A stretch of DNA of 64,000 nt from Diplonema japonicum (lineage: Eukaryota > Protista > Euglenozoa: Diplonemea), in contig OZ025670.1 of NCBI GenBank assembly GCA_964019335.1, positions 1-64,000 on the forward strand, given 5' to 3'. The translations under genes were made by a program, and so were the position numbers. This document shows, in pieces, positions 21,141-34,321 of this stretch. The notes beneath the pieces are model-generated. The model was not told the origin of the DNA. It made no database searches and was given only the letters and a program-made list of their open reading frames with translations. Within the stretch, counting starts at the first letter, position 1; every line of letters starts with the position of its first letter.

Positions 21141-21590
21141 ACATGTTGTCGCCCAACACACCACATTCCCTTACTGCCGTGGCAGCAGCCCAGAGCGAGA
21201 GTCCATTCAGAGACTACCTCTTGTGTTATTTGTTTACTTGCTGACCACAATAGAGACCATCACTGAAGTGCGATCAAACAAGGGCGATACCGGCTGTGCT
21301 CAGGAGAGCGTTGCGAGGGTTTGCTTGCTCTCCTGTGGGACACCGTTTCCTTTTGCTCAAGCGAGACCTCGTGTCTATGCACTGCAGGGTACCTCCGAGT
21401 CTCATTGTCACTTTCGTTGCTCCTTTTCCCTTCTTTTCTTTTTTCTTTTTCCTTGATTCTTTTCCACACTCTCCCTTTAGGGTTCATCTTCACCAGCTAT
21501 GCATCCTCATTAAGAACAGCGTCTGTCCTTTGCTTGAGTCCGCACTGAGAGCTTTCAAATATCATTGCAAACAATCATTACAGGAGGGCC

Positions 21591-22921
21591 ATGCCTTTTT
21601 TGCTGGGAAAATGCATGTCCTCTGGATATGACCGTCAAGAAGAAGGAGAAAGTGAAGAGCACTTCGTGATTGGGGACCCTGTGGGGTTCAACCCCGGTGT
21701 CGTTGTGAGGGAGGGCGACGAACAAGACACTGCGGCACTTACAGATCTGGTCAAAAAGAAACTCGATCAACCCGAGCAAGTGGGTGAGCCCGTTGTCCTG
21801 CAAGAGAATCTGAAGGTGACCATCGATGTAGAGAACCCCTCATTGTTGGGCCTGAAAGGCTTGCCTCCCCAACTTCAATCGGAGCTCATAGCAAGCGGCT
21901 TCACAAGAAATGAAATCGAAAGTAGTTTGAAAGACATCTACAGTGTGTACAAGCGTCTCAAGCAAGATCAGCAACAACCCTTGCCTACCCCAGCACCCGA
22001 AATTACTGTGCAGAGATTCCCTCTAAACGAGCTCCTCACGCCAGGTGATCCTGCGAAGCTCTTCTCTAAAGTGAAGAAGCTCGATGGTGGCTCTCAAGGT
22101 GATGTGTTCCGGGCTTACAACGAACAGGGCCATGCTGTTGCGTTGAAGAAGATATTCATCAAGAATGAGAAGCGCGAAATCCCTGCTGTTGAGAACGAAA
22201 TTTCCATGTTGAAGTGTTGCCAGCACCCCAACATCATCGACTACTACGCATGCCACAAGAAGGAAAACACTCTGTGGATCGCAATGGAGCTTATGAATGG
22301 CGGGAAGTTGACAGATGTGATCGACACTCACAATTTTACCGAAGACGAAGTGGCATACACCATGCGGGAGGTGCTCAAGGGGCTGCAATACCTGCACAAG
22401 ACAGGCAGGATGCACCGTGACATCAAATCCGACAACGTCCTGATCAACACGCAGGGCACCATCAAGTTGGGTGATTTCGGGTTTTGCGCTATTCTAACAA
22501 ACCCAGCTAACCCGACTAAAACCAACAAGAGGCGCACAGTCGTGGGGACACCTTACTGGATGGCACCGGAAGTTATTAAAGGTCAGCCTTACGATTTTGC
22601 AGCAGATATGTGGTCGGTGGGTATTCTTGGGCTCGAGCTCTGCGACGGGCAGCCGCCTCTCATGAATCTGCAACCCAACAAGGCCCTTTCCTTCATTGCA
22701 CAGCACGATGCACCAAAGATGAAGACCCGTACAAAGTATGAACATATATGTCAATTAACACCCACAGATGGTCCCTTGAGTGCATTGACTTCATGGAGTC
22801 AACTCTGAACATCAAACCCACTGATCGCCCTACAACAGACGAACTCTTGGAACACCCCTTCTTACGCAGAGCAACTGCCGCTGATCCTGGTTTCATCAAG
22901 AGAGCACTTTTGAAACAGTGA
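21591..22921 (+). CDS. STE20/PAK-like Ser/Thr kinase with a degenerate p21-binding region, ~432 aa
   Basis: HRDIKSDN, DFG, KRRTVVGTPYWMAPE. Intron 22736-22767 restores the C-terminal DRPTTDELLEHPFL. Confidence 0.9.
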
Positions 22922-23530
22922 TCATCATCTCGGCGCGTATCAATTTATTCTGCGGACAGCACACCTTGTTACCTCTCCCTCAATAGCTTCTCACAATTCA
23001 ACCTGTGCTGTAGGACGTCTCGTGTTTACAAGTAAACCGATGCTCTTAGCAAGCCCTTCATGCAAGAGACCGTATTCCTCTTCTTGAGTGTCCTGCGTGC
23101 TGTGATAATTTGCTGTTTCAACTCACGTGAAGTGAATGGGACACTACAAAACCCCGTCTTTGAAACCCCATCGGGTGCCGGAGACTCTGTCTTCGGCTCA
23201 ATGCGACATTCCTATCCGTCCGTCTGTTCTGTTGTGCATTGTTGTCTCGCGTGTACTATTATATTATATTCATCCGTTTTATGTCCTTTCCTAAGCAGCA
23301 ATATCTGCCACGTGGTATCTCGGACCTACAAAAAAGAAAAAGAAAAAGCCAAATCCGACTGCGAGGCATCCATACAGTCAGTTTGCATTATTCGTAGATG
23401 GCATGCACTGCCATCAGAAGCCATCCTAATTCTACAAGAAGTAAGGTTTGATGGCATAGTAGGAACTTATCTTATTTGTTGTCAGTTTGCAGCTAATTAG
23501 ACCACCCAGGAACAAATATGAGCAGACAGG

Positions 23531-24367
23531 ATGTTCAAAAAGGGGGTTGTGATGTGTGCGCATGACCCTTATCGGGTATTGGGGCTGGGTAGGGGTGCAA
23601 GTTACGAGACAGTAAAGCAAACGTACTACAAATTAGTGAAGAGAATGCACCCAGACACTGGGGGGGATGAGGCAGCGATGAAGAAGATAAACACGGCATT
23701 TGGGGAAATAAAAAACGGCAACCAACCATGTGTCCCGTGGACCCGTTCTTCCGAGCAGCAAGTACAACCTACGAGGTCCCAACCCAGACCAAGGGAGAGA
23801 CGTGTCTGGAGGGAGTACGATCCCATTGTGGCCGATGGCTACGTTGGGCCACATGGCACGAGGTTTAGATTCAAGGAGCCAGCGAAAGTACCAAAGCGAT
23901 CAAAAACAAATTGCCCATTTGGTGAACCGCAAAAGATGGCTCCTGCGGGTACCGAGGCTGTGCAAGGGCTTGAGAGTGGTATGCTTTTGGTTGGCGTCAA
24001 GGATCGTTATGCAGGCCATGTGGTATACATCATGAAGATATCCCGTAAAGGCGTCACTGGCATCGTGCTAACCAAGCCATTTGCCTTCCCGAATCCATCG
24101 GAGCTGGAAACCTACTGTGGTGGTCCTTCGCAATACCCCAGCTTGCTTACGCTGCTGTCCCCAAGCGGTGTCTTCACACCGTCACCTTCATCTCTCATCT
24201 TATCGCGTGGAGGCAAGTTGTATGCAGGCTGCCTGCAGTGGGGCCCTTTGTGCCTTGACTATGAGCTGAGACTTAAACTGTGGAAGATAGTCCCCTCGAA
24301 AAGGGCTAAATACATGATGGAAGACGGCACCTACACGAGTGCAGAAATAGATGCTTCTTTTGTTTAG
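23531..24367 (+). CDS. DnaJ-domain protein with a C-terminal DUF179 (YqgE/AlgH)-like domain, 278 aa
   Basis: J-domain DPYRVLGL..HPD..KKINTAF; C-terminal GMLLVG..GIVLTKP..YCGGP..LYAGCLQW..LDYEL..W. Confidence 0.78.
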   Translation: MFKKGVVMCAHDPYRVLGLGRGASYETVKQTYYKLVKRMHPDTGGDEAAMKKINTAFGEIKNGNQPCVPWTRSSEQQVQPTRSQPRPRERRVWREYDPIVADGYVGPHGTRFRFKEPAKVPKRSKTNCPFGEPQKMAPAGTEAVQGLESGMLLVGVKDRYAGHVVYIMKISRKGVTGIVLTKPFAFPNPSELETYCGGPSQYPSLLTLLSPSGVFTPSPSSLILSRGGKLYAGCLQWGPLCLDYELRLKLWKIVPSKRAKYMMEDGTYTSAEIDASFV

Positions 24368-24423
24368 TCAAGTCACTGATGTAGCCGTTACTCTTACCAC
24401 TCAGGCTGTGATGAGCACGAACA

Positions 24424-25761
24424 ATGAAGCGGTGTAGGTATTTGCAGCTTTACGTACCAGGTGCTGCTGACGTGCCGGAACGCATCAGGGCCGTCACACC
24501 TCATGGTGTCAAGGGTGTCGTGGTCGACACTACATCAGCACTGGATTGGGAGGATGGCCTGACAGCCCAGTACCTTGTGGAGACTGCGACACGGCACCAA
24601 AAGCCCTATCTCGCAAGGATGGTTGGCCATGCAGCAAAGATAGTGACGGTTTCGAATAATTTAGAGCAGCGTGGGTGTGACATGGGACCACAAACCACTT
24701 CGAAAATCATGGCGTTGTGTGCGAACTATGGCAACAGCCGTTTCGCCTTCCAGCTATACGAAAGATATCAAGTAAAATGTGGATCCCACCCATCTGTGGA
24801 CACGGCAATGTCTACTGTGTTCGGCGCCACGGGGGACAGAACAGGGATGCGTGATTTGTTGAAACGAATGGAAGCATCAGAAGCCACACTCAGCATACAT
24901 ATCTTTCACGCCGCTCTTCACTGCTTCTCGCATACTAGAGACGAACAAGCTGCATTTAGGGTCATCCAGCACCTTGCGAAGACGAATCTTGTGCCCGATG
25001 AACGCACAGTGATGGCCCTTTTGAAATGCTGCAGGTCGTACAGCTCAGGACGAGTAGTGATGGACTCTATCAAGGAGGGAAAATGGGGCAATATCGCCGT
25101 GGATTTTCGAATATACAACACTCTGATTTCAACATGCAGGTTGCATGGGGACGTCAATAATGCTCTGACTGTGATACAAGAGATGAAGGACGCAGGTATC
25201 CCAAGGGAAGCGTCAACGTATGGAAGTCTGGCAGGTGTCGCTAGAGCATCACGTAACATAACAGAGGTGTCTGCTGCGTTCAAACATATGCGCGACGATG
25301 GTGTGGCTCCTGACGTTGCCATATACATCATAGCGATCAGGGCTGCTGCCGACGTGTTGGCAGAAAGCCCGAAGTCAGAGTACCTGAAGTGGTTGAAATA
25401 CGCAGAAGCAGCATTTGAGCAGGCTCATGAAGAAGGTGTCGTCGAAGGGCACGCGATATTCACCCCACTAGCTGCTTGCTATGCAACTGCTGGCGACATC
25501 GAGCGAATGGAGAAATTGAAGGAACGCCTTCTCAAAAAGCATGTAATGTACAACGAGTTCCTGCACCATATGGCAGCGTGTCGCCGAAAGACGTTTAACT
25601 TCAGCACCATGTGGGCCCCCATTGACTCATCTCAGCCTTTTCAATACATGGCTGACAAGGCCCCGCCTGGAGTGGTCAAACACCCAAAGCCTCGCATGCA
25701 TGATGGCGACGCACCTACCAAAGATTGGTTCATCGAACTGAGTGACAACACAGGCATTTGA
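24424..25761 (+). CDS. Pentatricopeptide-repeat (PPR) protein, 445 aa, probably mitochondrial
   Basis: 35-aa repeats such as IYNTLISTCRLHGDVNNALTVIQEMKDAGIPREAS and FKHMRDDGVAPDVAIY. Confidence 0.85.
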   Translation: MKRCRYLQLYVPGAADVPERIRAVTPHGVKGVVVDTTSALDWEDGLTAQYLVETATRHQKPYLARMVGHAAKIVTVSNNLEQRGCDMGPQTTSKIMALCANYGNSRFAFQLYERYQVKCGSHPSVDTAMSTVFGATGDRTGMRDLLKRMEASEATLSIHIFHAALHCFSHTRDEQAAFRVIQHLAKTNLVPDERTVMALLKCCRSYSSGRVVMDSIKEGKWGNIAVDFRIYNTLISTCRLHGDVNNALTVIQEMKDAGIPREASTYGSLAGVARASRNITEVSAAFKHMRDDGVAPDVAIYIIAIRAAADVLAESPKSEYLKWLKYAEAAFEQAHEEGVVEGHAIFTPLAACYATAGDIERMEKLKERLLKKHVMYNEFLHHMAACRRKTFNFSTMWAPIDSSQPFQYMADKAPPGVVKHPKPRMHDGDAPTKDWFIELSDNTGI

Positions 25762-25828
25762 ATAATGATGGCTTGAGCGTAACAGTACTATTGTTGATAT
25801 TCTCTTCGTAGCTTAGACAGGAACAGGA

Positions 25829-27415
25829 ATGGAAATAAACAACTATGTGCTAAGAAAGATCATCAAAGCCGGGCAAGTGTTTAGGGCGGAGGGGAAGCCG
25901 GAACTTATGTATGCACTTTACTATGGCACCATTCACGCAAAAGAGGCCAAGTTGACAGTTTCCCAGGAATTTGACATACAGGTACTGACATGTGAATATG
26001 CAATTCAAGACGGGAAACCTAGCATCGCGAGCGATGCAGTTGTGAATGCAAGACGGCTGCACCAGCATGCGCCTCACTTAATCTCATGTGGCAGAAGGCT
26101 GCGGCTCTTGTTATTGGAAGTGCGGATGTCACGGCTGCTGAAGGAGCCCGTCGAGAAGACAGTTAGCCTCCTGAAGGCGTGCATTGCTGATGCCAGTGAT
26201 GTGGATAAAGATTCCTGGATTTCGTACTTCAAGTCTTTTCTTGTAGTTACGCTTCTGCAACATCTGAGAGACAGTAACAGACAGGATGCACTTGACACCA
26301 TCGATAGTTATTGCAGTGATTCAGAGTCGCGAGTGGACAAGGTAGTTAAAAAAGCTGCGCAGGAAGTCCTCCACCACTACAGCCGTGAGCAGAGTAATGT
26401 GAATGTGAGATCCTCTTCGGAGAAGCAACTGAAGAAGCGTGACCGTTGCGAGGCCTTTGATGAAGGTTTGTGGTACCCGTGCACGGTAACAAAACGTGTG
26501 CGCACGAAAGGGCTAGTGCAGTTCGATGACGGTACTGAACTCGAAACATACATCCGCCCTGCTCGGAATGAGTGGTCTTCTCTGGGGTTTCCCTCTCTGA
26601 AGATTGCGTGCCCCCTAGCTACCCTTTCCAAGGTGTCAAGATGCGCAGCCGGACCCAAGAGAATGCGTGCTATCCCACTGGCTGAAGCAACGATCGAATA
26701 TGTGTTTATGAACGCAAGAAATGACCACCTCTCCGTGGTAGCATGCATCGGGCTCAGTGCCATCGTGTCGTCACTCTATGCACACAAGCTTGACCTTGCT
26801 GCGTCGGTGAAGGTGTTGAGAAAAGCTGCACAATTATGTGTCGAAAAGAATCTTAAAAAACTGAGCTACGTAATCCACCTTGCAGCTGGTGCTCCGTTAA
26901 TCCTCAGCGGGATGAAGAGGCAAGGCATGCAGCAACTAGAAAGGGCACGACTGTCTCCATGCACAAACCTCTCCACCGCGGCAGCGGCTTGCGTCGTTTG
27001 TGCTGCTCCTTATGTGGATTCTAACGTTTTGTTTAAGGCGTGTGATGCTTTAGAGCATTCTGAAACGCTTTCTTTTTTATGTAAGTACGCAGCGCTCGTG
27101 GCCTCTTCCCACGGCATTGGTGATACCACAGTAGATACCCTCCCCTCTCCCCCTCCACACACGGCAGCAGCTGTACACAAAGAGTATTGGTGTTCAACAT
27201 CTGAAACTGACGTGTCTAGCCATCTGACTGCACGCTCTCTTGCGTCGAACAAATCTCTCTTCGAAAACCTTGTTGTGGCAGACTGTGAGCGGCGTTATCC
27301 CAGTTCAGAGAAGGCGCTAACACCGGTGTTTGCAAACCAAGATGCCCTCAACGATTTGGCACAATGGCTGCCTGGAGACGATAAGTACTTCCCGTTGATG
27401 TCAGAACAGAATTGA
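25829..27415 (+). CDS. Alpha-helical hypothetical protein with an internal Tudor-like barrel, 528 aa
   Basis: RDRCEAFDEGLWYPCTVTKRVRTKGLVQFDDG fits the Tudor pattern; the flanks look helical. Confidence 0.7.
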   Translation: MEINNYVLRKIIKAGQVFRAEGKPELMYALYYGTIHAKEAKLTVSQEFDIQVLTCEYAIQDGKPSIASDAVVNARRLHQHAPHLISCGRRLRLLLLEVRMSRLLKEPVEKTVSLLKACIADASDVDKDSWISYFKSFLVVTLLQHLRDSNRQDALDTIDSYCSDSESRVDKVVKKAAQEVLHHYSREQSNVNVRSSSEKQLKKRDRCEAFDEGLWYPCTVTKRVRTKGLVQFDDGTELETYIRPARNEWSSLGFPSLKIACPLATLSKVSRCAAGPKRMRAIPLAEATIEYVFMNARNDHLSVVACIGLSAIVSSLYAHKLDLAASVKVLRKAAQLCVEKNLKKLSYVIHLAAGAPLILSGMKRQGMQQLERARLSPCTNLSTAAAACVVCAAPYVDSNVLFKACDALEHSETLSFLCKYAALVASSHGIGDTTVDTLPSPPPHTAAAVHKEYWCSTSETDVSSHLTARSLASNKSLFENLVVADCERRYPSSEKALTPVFANQDALNDLAQWLPGDDKYFPLMSEQN

Positions 27416-27471
27416 TAGAATTTACCTTTTTATTCATTGCCATTATTCTGATTCACAATTTTGCAGGACTC

Positions 27472-30400
27472 ATGAGAAGCACCCGTAGTGGGAGCGTCGG
27501 TGGGAAACAGACACCCGACAGCTCGTCGCAGTCGCCGTCAAGAAAAGAAAGCAGACTCTCCGTAGACATCTCCACCACCTACCACGATGCTGTGACCACT
27601 CATAAGTTCAGTGCACGCTTGAACTGTACAGCCGCTGTAGGGTCTGCTATCTGGGCAGCAGAAGGTGATGCAGTAAAGATACGGTCCCCCGCATCAGGTG
27701 ACTTGCACTCTCCAGCCAATGTATTCTGCAAGACGGGGGTTATCATCCATGCACTGACACTGGTTTCTGGCACCCACGTGTGGTGCGGTCTCGACGACGG
27801 CTACATTGTAGTCTTGGATGTAGCTACAGAAAAATTTGTTTCTGATTTCCGGCAGCACCGTGGTGCAGTGCTGGTCTTGCTTCAAGACGTCAATAGAAAC
27901 AAGTACGTTTACAGTGGCGGCAGCGATTGGAAGATCTACGAGTGGGACAGCAAGTGCGAAGAAGGACGTGTCGTGTTGCAGAGGATGTTCTACTCACACT
28001 CAAACAGTGTCAGGTGTTTAGCAATAACAACCTCTGGATTCTTGGTGTCTGGTAGCTCCGACTGTGGTTTGAGGTTATGGGAGCTACAGCCCGACAGCCC
28101 TAAAGCCGATCAGGGGGAATGCTATGCTCGCCTCGAAGCACACAAAGGCGCTGTCCGCAGTGTTGTAGTGCAAGAAATCAACGACAACACACTTGTATGG
28201 AGTGCTGATGAACTGGGTTGCATCAGCCTGTGGGGTGTTGAAGAAGTATCACGCCAGAAGCAGCTTACAAAATCGCTTGTAAAAGCGCGTCCTCTGAGGT
28301 CCCTCCATCAGCACAAAGGAGCCATACCTGCACTCATGAAGTACAAGGATCAAGTGTGGAGTTGTGGTCAAGATGGCCATGTGCTGTGTTGGGGCGTTGA
28401 GTGGCAAGGAGGTGCATCGCCTCCTGAGGTGTGGGTTGTGAGATGCTTGTCAAGTCATAAGGAGCGCCTGATTGGCATGCAGCTGTGTGGCTCTTATACG
28501 GTGCAAAAGGTGTGGACACTCGCTCTGGACTACCAGTCGAAGAACGATGGCACCGTTGTTGCATGGAACGTGGAAGTACCATGTGACAACCTAGGCGTGC
28601 CCGAGAATGGCGGATATCTTGAGTTTGAGAAGCAGATGCGCACACAGCATGGTTCCGATGTGAAACGAGCTATAGAGAATCTCACAGATGAAAAAGTGAA
28701 TCTTGGTAGAGAAGTAGAGAGCCTGAGGGACGAAGTTACACGTTTGAGAACAGGTGGGATGGATGAGGCAAAGATCGAAGAAAACGAACGACTTCGAAAA
28801 GAAAACAGCGGGCTGCAGGAAAAACTCAAAGCGCTGGAACATAGCAAAAAGCGACAGAACGAGTTGCTGGCGTTGAAGGAGGACGAAATCGCGGTGTCAA
28901 GAGACGAGGGGCAGGCTAATGCACTGAGAACTGAGAACGAAAACCTGCGGAGCACAATGGCAACATCCAGTGAGAACCAGAAGATGCTCCCCGAGATCCT
29001 TGAAAGGCTTGAAGAACTGCGTCGCGAGAACGAGTATTTGCAAAAGAATGCAAGGGAGCTCGTGACACAGAAGACGAAGACCTGTGATTTGCTGCGCCTT
29101 GACGTGGCGCGCCTCACTCGAGAGCTGAACCTCGAAGAAGATAGACGTGTAACCTCCGGCTCCTCATACACCGATACCACATTGCGCAGCAGACGCGATA
29201 CTGAGGAACTGGAGTTGGAGATGCGTGCCCTACGTGACAAGCTGCGCAGGAGGGAGGATGAAGCAGCGCGTTTTGAGAGAATCCACCAACAGAATGAAGA
29301 GGGACACAAAGTGCTCAGGGAGGAGCTGGACCGCTTAAAAACCGAACTGAAGATGAAGAACAGGACCGTTGGCAAAGAACCGGAGCAGATCGGGTGGGAA
29401 CGCAAAGACGAGCTTCACATGACGAAAGAGATAGAAGTAAAAAATGATACCACACTCAAGAGCATGGAAGCCACCATATCTACTTTGACTAAGGAGAATG
29501 AACAGCTCAGAAACATACACACCTCGCAGCGTAGAGCGGAGCACAACAAGGACCACACTGTAGAAGTACAACTCAGAGAGCTACAAGCAGCTTGCGATGA
29601 GAAGGGCATGGAGATCGAGAGATTGAACACAACCTTAAAACGCTGCTACAAAGACCTTACCTCGCAGGGAGACGAGAAGCTTAAAAATATATTTGATGAA
29701 AATAGTGCCGCATCAACACAGCTGCAGCGAACCATCGCTCAACAGGATCAGAGGATACAAACTCTTCACGAAACAATAGAAGAGCAGAGGAAAGAAACTG
29801 TGGATTACCAAGAGTCTGCTCTCAATCAATCTGTCACTGTGGAAAACCTGAAAGCGGACTGCAAGAACCTCAATATGATGTTAGAAAACAGCAAGGTCGA
29901 ATCTGAGAATCAGAAGAAGGTTGTATCCTCTCTGAAAGAGATATTGAACGAGAGGAACAAATCAATGGACCTGCTGCGTGAGGTGGTCCAAGAGAGGACA
30001 CAGCAAATAGACGCATTGGAAGAGGACCTCCGCGTGGTGCAGATGCGCGGGATGGAAGTAGAGGACATGAACAGGTCGAAAGGTGATGCTTACAGCGAAA
30101 GGGCTTCTTTGCATGATCGTAATGAGCGCTTGGAGCGCACGCGGGACGAGCTGTCTGCAAAGAGGATCCAAGTCGACAGACTGCAGGCAGAGATCGATGA
30201 GCTGTATGCAGAGAAGGACGCCGTCGACCAGAAGCTCGCCGCTGCCAACGCGAAGGAGATGCGCATCATCGAGTTGGAATCGGAAATCGATGAGTACAGA
30301 AACCAGTTAGAGCAGGCGCAGATCGATGTGGACCGCGGCATGAGCGCTTTAGAGGAATGCTCACAGCTCCGGAAGACGCTACTTGACAGAGAAGCTGATA

Positions 30401-33400
30401 TGGAGAAACTTGTGAAGGCCTTAGATACCAACCCTCGAGCCGTGGAGGCACGCGAGAAGGTGGCAGAGTTAGAAGAAGAAAACGCAATCTTACTGTCAGA
30501 TAACAAAACGCTGGCAGAACAACAGGTATAATAACACCCAATCAAGTTCACCACTTCAACAGGAGCTGCTACAAGACCATTTGAGCGAGTTGGAAGTCGC
30601 GGCAGCGAAGGCAAAAGAGTTGGCCGATGTTGGCGAAGAGTACAATGAGCTGCTCGAAAAGCACCAAGAAGTGAAAGACCTTTTAGCAGAGGAGCAAGGG
30701 AAGTGCCAGACTCTTGTTTCATCTGCAGCAACCCCGAAACTAGAGATACACGAAATGCGAGCAAAGGTCAGCGAGCTAGAGCTAACGTTGAGTGCCAGGG
30801 AAGAAGCTGCACGTCACTCAAAGGCAAACGCAGAATGCATGCAACGCCTGCTTGACGAGCACGAACACGACGTTAAAGTTCTGCGAGCCGAACAAGAGGA
30901 GCGTAAGAGGCAAATTGAAGCGCTGTCAATGGGATCTGATGTTGTTGACAAGTTGTTGAAGGAAAATCGCACAAAAGCGGGGGTTTTGGCCAGCCAACAA
31001 GTAAAGGTCAACACTCTGACCAAGGAACTTTCTTTGAAGGATGCACGCCTGAAGCACGCAACGTCTCAGATCAGTGAACTCACCCTCCGTGTGACGACAT
31101 TGGAGAGACAGCTGTCGGGAGGGCAGAAAGATTATGTTGATCAGCTTGTTCTCCTTCATCAGACCAAGAACTCTATATTAACACAATTGATGGAAGAGCT
31201 TGAATGCAGGGAAAGTGTGCTGCAGGGCACACAAGAGCTGCTTACAGTGTACAAGAACAAGACGGGTGCAGGCACCAATGACACGTACACACCCGAGCCC
31301 TTAGAGGCTTCAGCACCCGTAAATGGGGATGTGCAGACCTCGCAGGTAATGGAGAGCGGTGTTGTTGAAGAGATGATGGCTGAGATCATGGCACTGCGCA
31401 GCGAGACACGTGCACTGCGCATGCGTCAGCGTGAACTTGCATCATCGCTACGTAACGCTGACGCTGAGAAGGATGCACTGCGGGACAGGCTGTCAGAGTT
31501 AGGCGAAATACGTGAAAGCTACACAGTGAATCACAAAGTAGAGGAGAAGAACATGGAACTACAGGACTTAGCCGACGAATTGAACAACTGTGAGCACGTG
31601 CTGTCTCAACGTGAGGCACTGATCGAGACATTGCAGCTGAAATTAGTGACGATACCCCCCTCTGAAAATGAGAAAGAAAGGATACAGTGTCTTGAGTCTG
31701 ACATAGACGAACTGCAAGTGGCCAACAACAAGACCCATGCTGAAAATCTCACCTCCAAAAACCGTATTGCTTCGATGACTGACAGCTTAGTTAAGCTTGA
31801 GTCACAACTCGACTCGAAGAGCAAGACCATTGATCTTCTGAGGCAGCTGCTCGAAGAGAAAAATGAAGCAGTGATGCTTATGAAGCAAGAACTCGAGTTG
31901 GAAGGAGCCGGCACGAGAGACAAAGACGTGGACTTACTGCAATTCCTTGAGGCACACGACCAATCTTTGAAGGTGTTGGAAGCACACACAGGGAAAGAGC
32001 TCAAGGGGATGGAGTGGTCAGTGAGAGACCTTGAAGAAACTGTGAGGGAGAAAGAGCTGGTCATCCTTGATCTGCAGAAGACACGTCAGTTGAACAGCCA
32101 GGAGATTGCTGACTTGAAGACAGAATTTTTAAGAGTCACACGTGACCTCGAAGCAGAGAAAAAGAAGCGCCGTGAGCAGGAGCACGATATGATCCGTTTC
32201 ACGGGGACTATCAACGCTGCACACAAAAACATCGATGAGCTGAGGCAGCAGTTGGATGAGCGCGAGGACGAACTCATTATCTCCGAAAGGACAACCAAAA
32301 GAATCGAAGAGCTGGCGAGGCAGAACGGGATCGAAGATGTTGACACCATAAAGTCTGAGCTGAAGGAAAAGGGAAAGAAGCTGAGATCACTTGAAAAGGA
32401 GAATGAGGTATGCTGCAAAAACACACTCCACCATTACAGGAGTGCACGAAAATGCTACAAGACCAGCAAGATGCCATCACCGAGTTGAAACAAACAATCA
32501 GAACACAGCAGACGACTCAGGCAGGCATCGCAGAGAATTTAGAGGAGAAGACGTCCGAACTTGCAGAACTTCAGGTACTGTGCTCAATCATAATAAAACT
32601 GCCTATAGGACATTTATCAAGAAGCGCTGGCCAAGATGGGCGGTATCGAAGCTGACTTGCAGGAGATGACCTACGACAGAGATGCGCAGCAGCACCTTGC
32701 ACGTGATTTGGAGAAGAAGGCCCATCTGTGGGAAGAACTCAGCACCGAACACACCAACACATCAGAGCTTGCGAAACAGGCATTAGACGAGAAGGTTGGT
32801 GCAATCGACTTGTTAAAAGACACAGTAGAAGAGTTACAGGAAAGACTTGACGAAAGTGGTTTCGTTGCAAAGCAGAGGGACGCTTCGTCGTCAAGGCACC
32901 AACAGGGCTTCATCGAACTGCAGCGCATGTACAATACACTGCAAGCGGACCTCAAAAGACGAGAGGGCATGATACAAGACTTCGAGGAAGAACTAAGTCA
33001 GGCTGATGAAAGGATTAACCTCCTGGACACCCACAAACAGAAGCTGGAAGAAGAGCTCACTCGTCAGCTTCAGAACGTCAGAAGCTTCGAGGAGGTCAAT
33101 GAAGAACTACGCAGCAGGCTGCGAGAGCAAGCACACCATGGCCCCTCATCAGATAGCACTGAACATGAAGGTCTCAGCGCGGTAAGGAAGATATCGGAGG
33201 CTCTGCAGCAGGAGCAACACACGGCCGATGAGCTGCGTGGTGAGCGTGACGAGCTACTTGTGAAGCTACTGGCGAAGGACACGCAACTAGCGACACTGCG
33301 AAAGGACATCGAAAGCCAAAAGAAATTGGAGTCTATTTCCATCAGGAGCACCTCTGATGATGGCGAGCGCGAGAGGTTCGGTGTGCTTAAAGAGAGGGTC

Positions 33401-34210
33401 ATGGAGCTAGAAGCTACGAAAGATGACATTCTCAACGAGAAGGATGCCATGGACATAGAGGTGAAGGAGCTCAAACGTGCTGCGGCGAAGGCAGTGGAAG
33501 ATGAAAACGAACTGAAATCGGTTCTCAAACGTGCCGTACAAAAGCATCATGCGTTTGTAGGACCAAGCCATTCGCCTTTGGCCATGGCAAGATCTTTGGT
33601 CACAGCAGCTGCTGCAGACAGCAAAGTGACAGATCTTGTCGAACCCATTCGGTCCCTGACAGTGGTGCTGGGGGTGCAGAACGATCTTGACCTTGGTGAG
33701 CAGGATGGTCTGGCGCATGCTGTCAATGTTGCAAGCAGCGCCGCGAGTGAGCTGCAAAAAGACATGGAGGACCTCCGGGACACGCTGGAAAGGTTGCAGA
33801 ATAGCCTCTTAAAAGAGAAGGAGAAGCGGAAACTGATGGTAGATGACGTGCAGAAGTCCAAAATGGGCGTCGAGCAGCTCACAAAGAACTGCAAGGAGAT
33901 TAAGGACATGAGTGACCGCAAGCTGGACGAAGCCTCTGATCGTGTGATAAGCATCAGCGACACATACCCCAAGCTAGAAGATGTTGCCACCAAGATAGTG
34001 ACTCTCATGCAAGACGTGCGGGGCTTCGTGACAGCTGTTGTCGAGGGCGCCATGCCTGACCATGGGCACGAGTATGGGGTGTTGCCGGCTGCTGTGCCGA
34101 GTACACCCCTGCCTACAAAGAAAAAAAGAGGCTCTGGTCAAAAATCGCATCGTGGCTCTTTGCAGCGCGGTTCCTTGCAGCGCCATTCCTTGCAGAAAGG
34201 CACATTGTAG
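27472..34210 (+). CDS. Very large WD40 plus coiled-coil protein, ~2211 aa, 4 exons
   Basis: N-terminal WD40 repeats (VYSGGSDWKIYEWD, LVSGSSDCGLRLWE), then an E/K/L/Q-rich coiled coil. Introns 30526-30562, 32408-32439 and 32575-32608 join four track ORFs in frame. Confidence 0.88.
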
Positions 34211-34321
34211 ATGATGCACTTAATTTCTGTAAAATATCAAATGTCTACGGCCGTTAACTTATTAGACTAATACCTACCCCTCGTCGTACAGGCCAGTAAG
34301 CACCACAGAACTACATGAACA

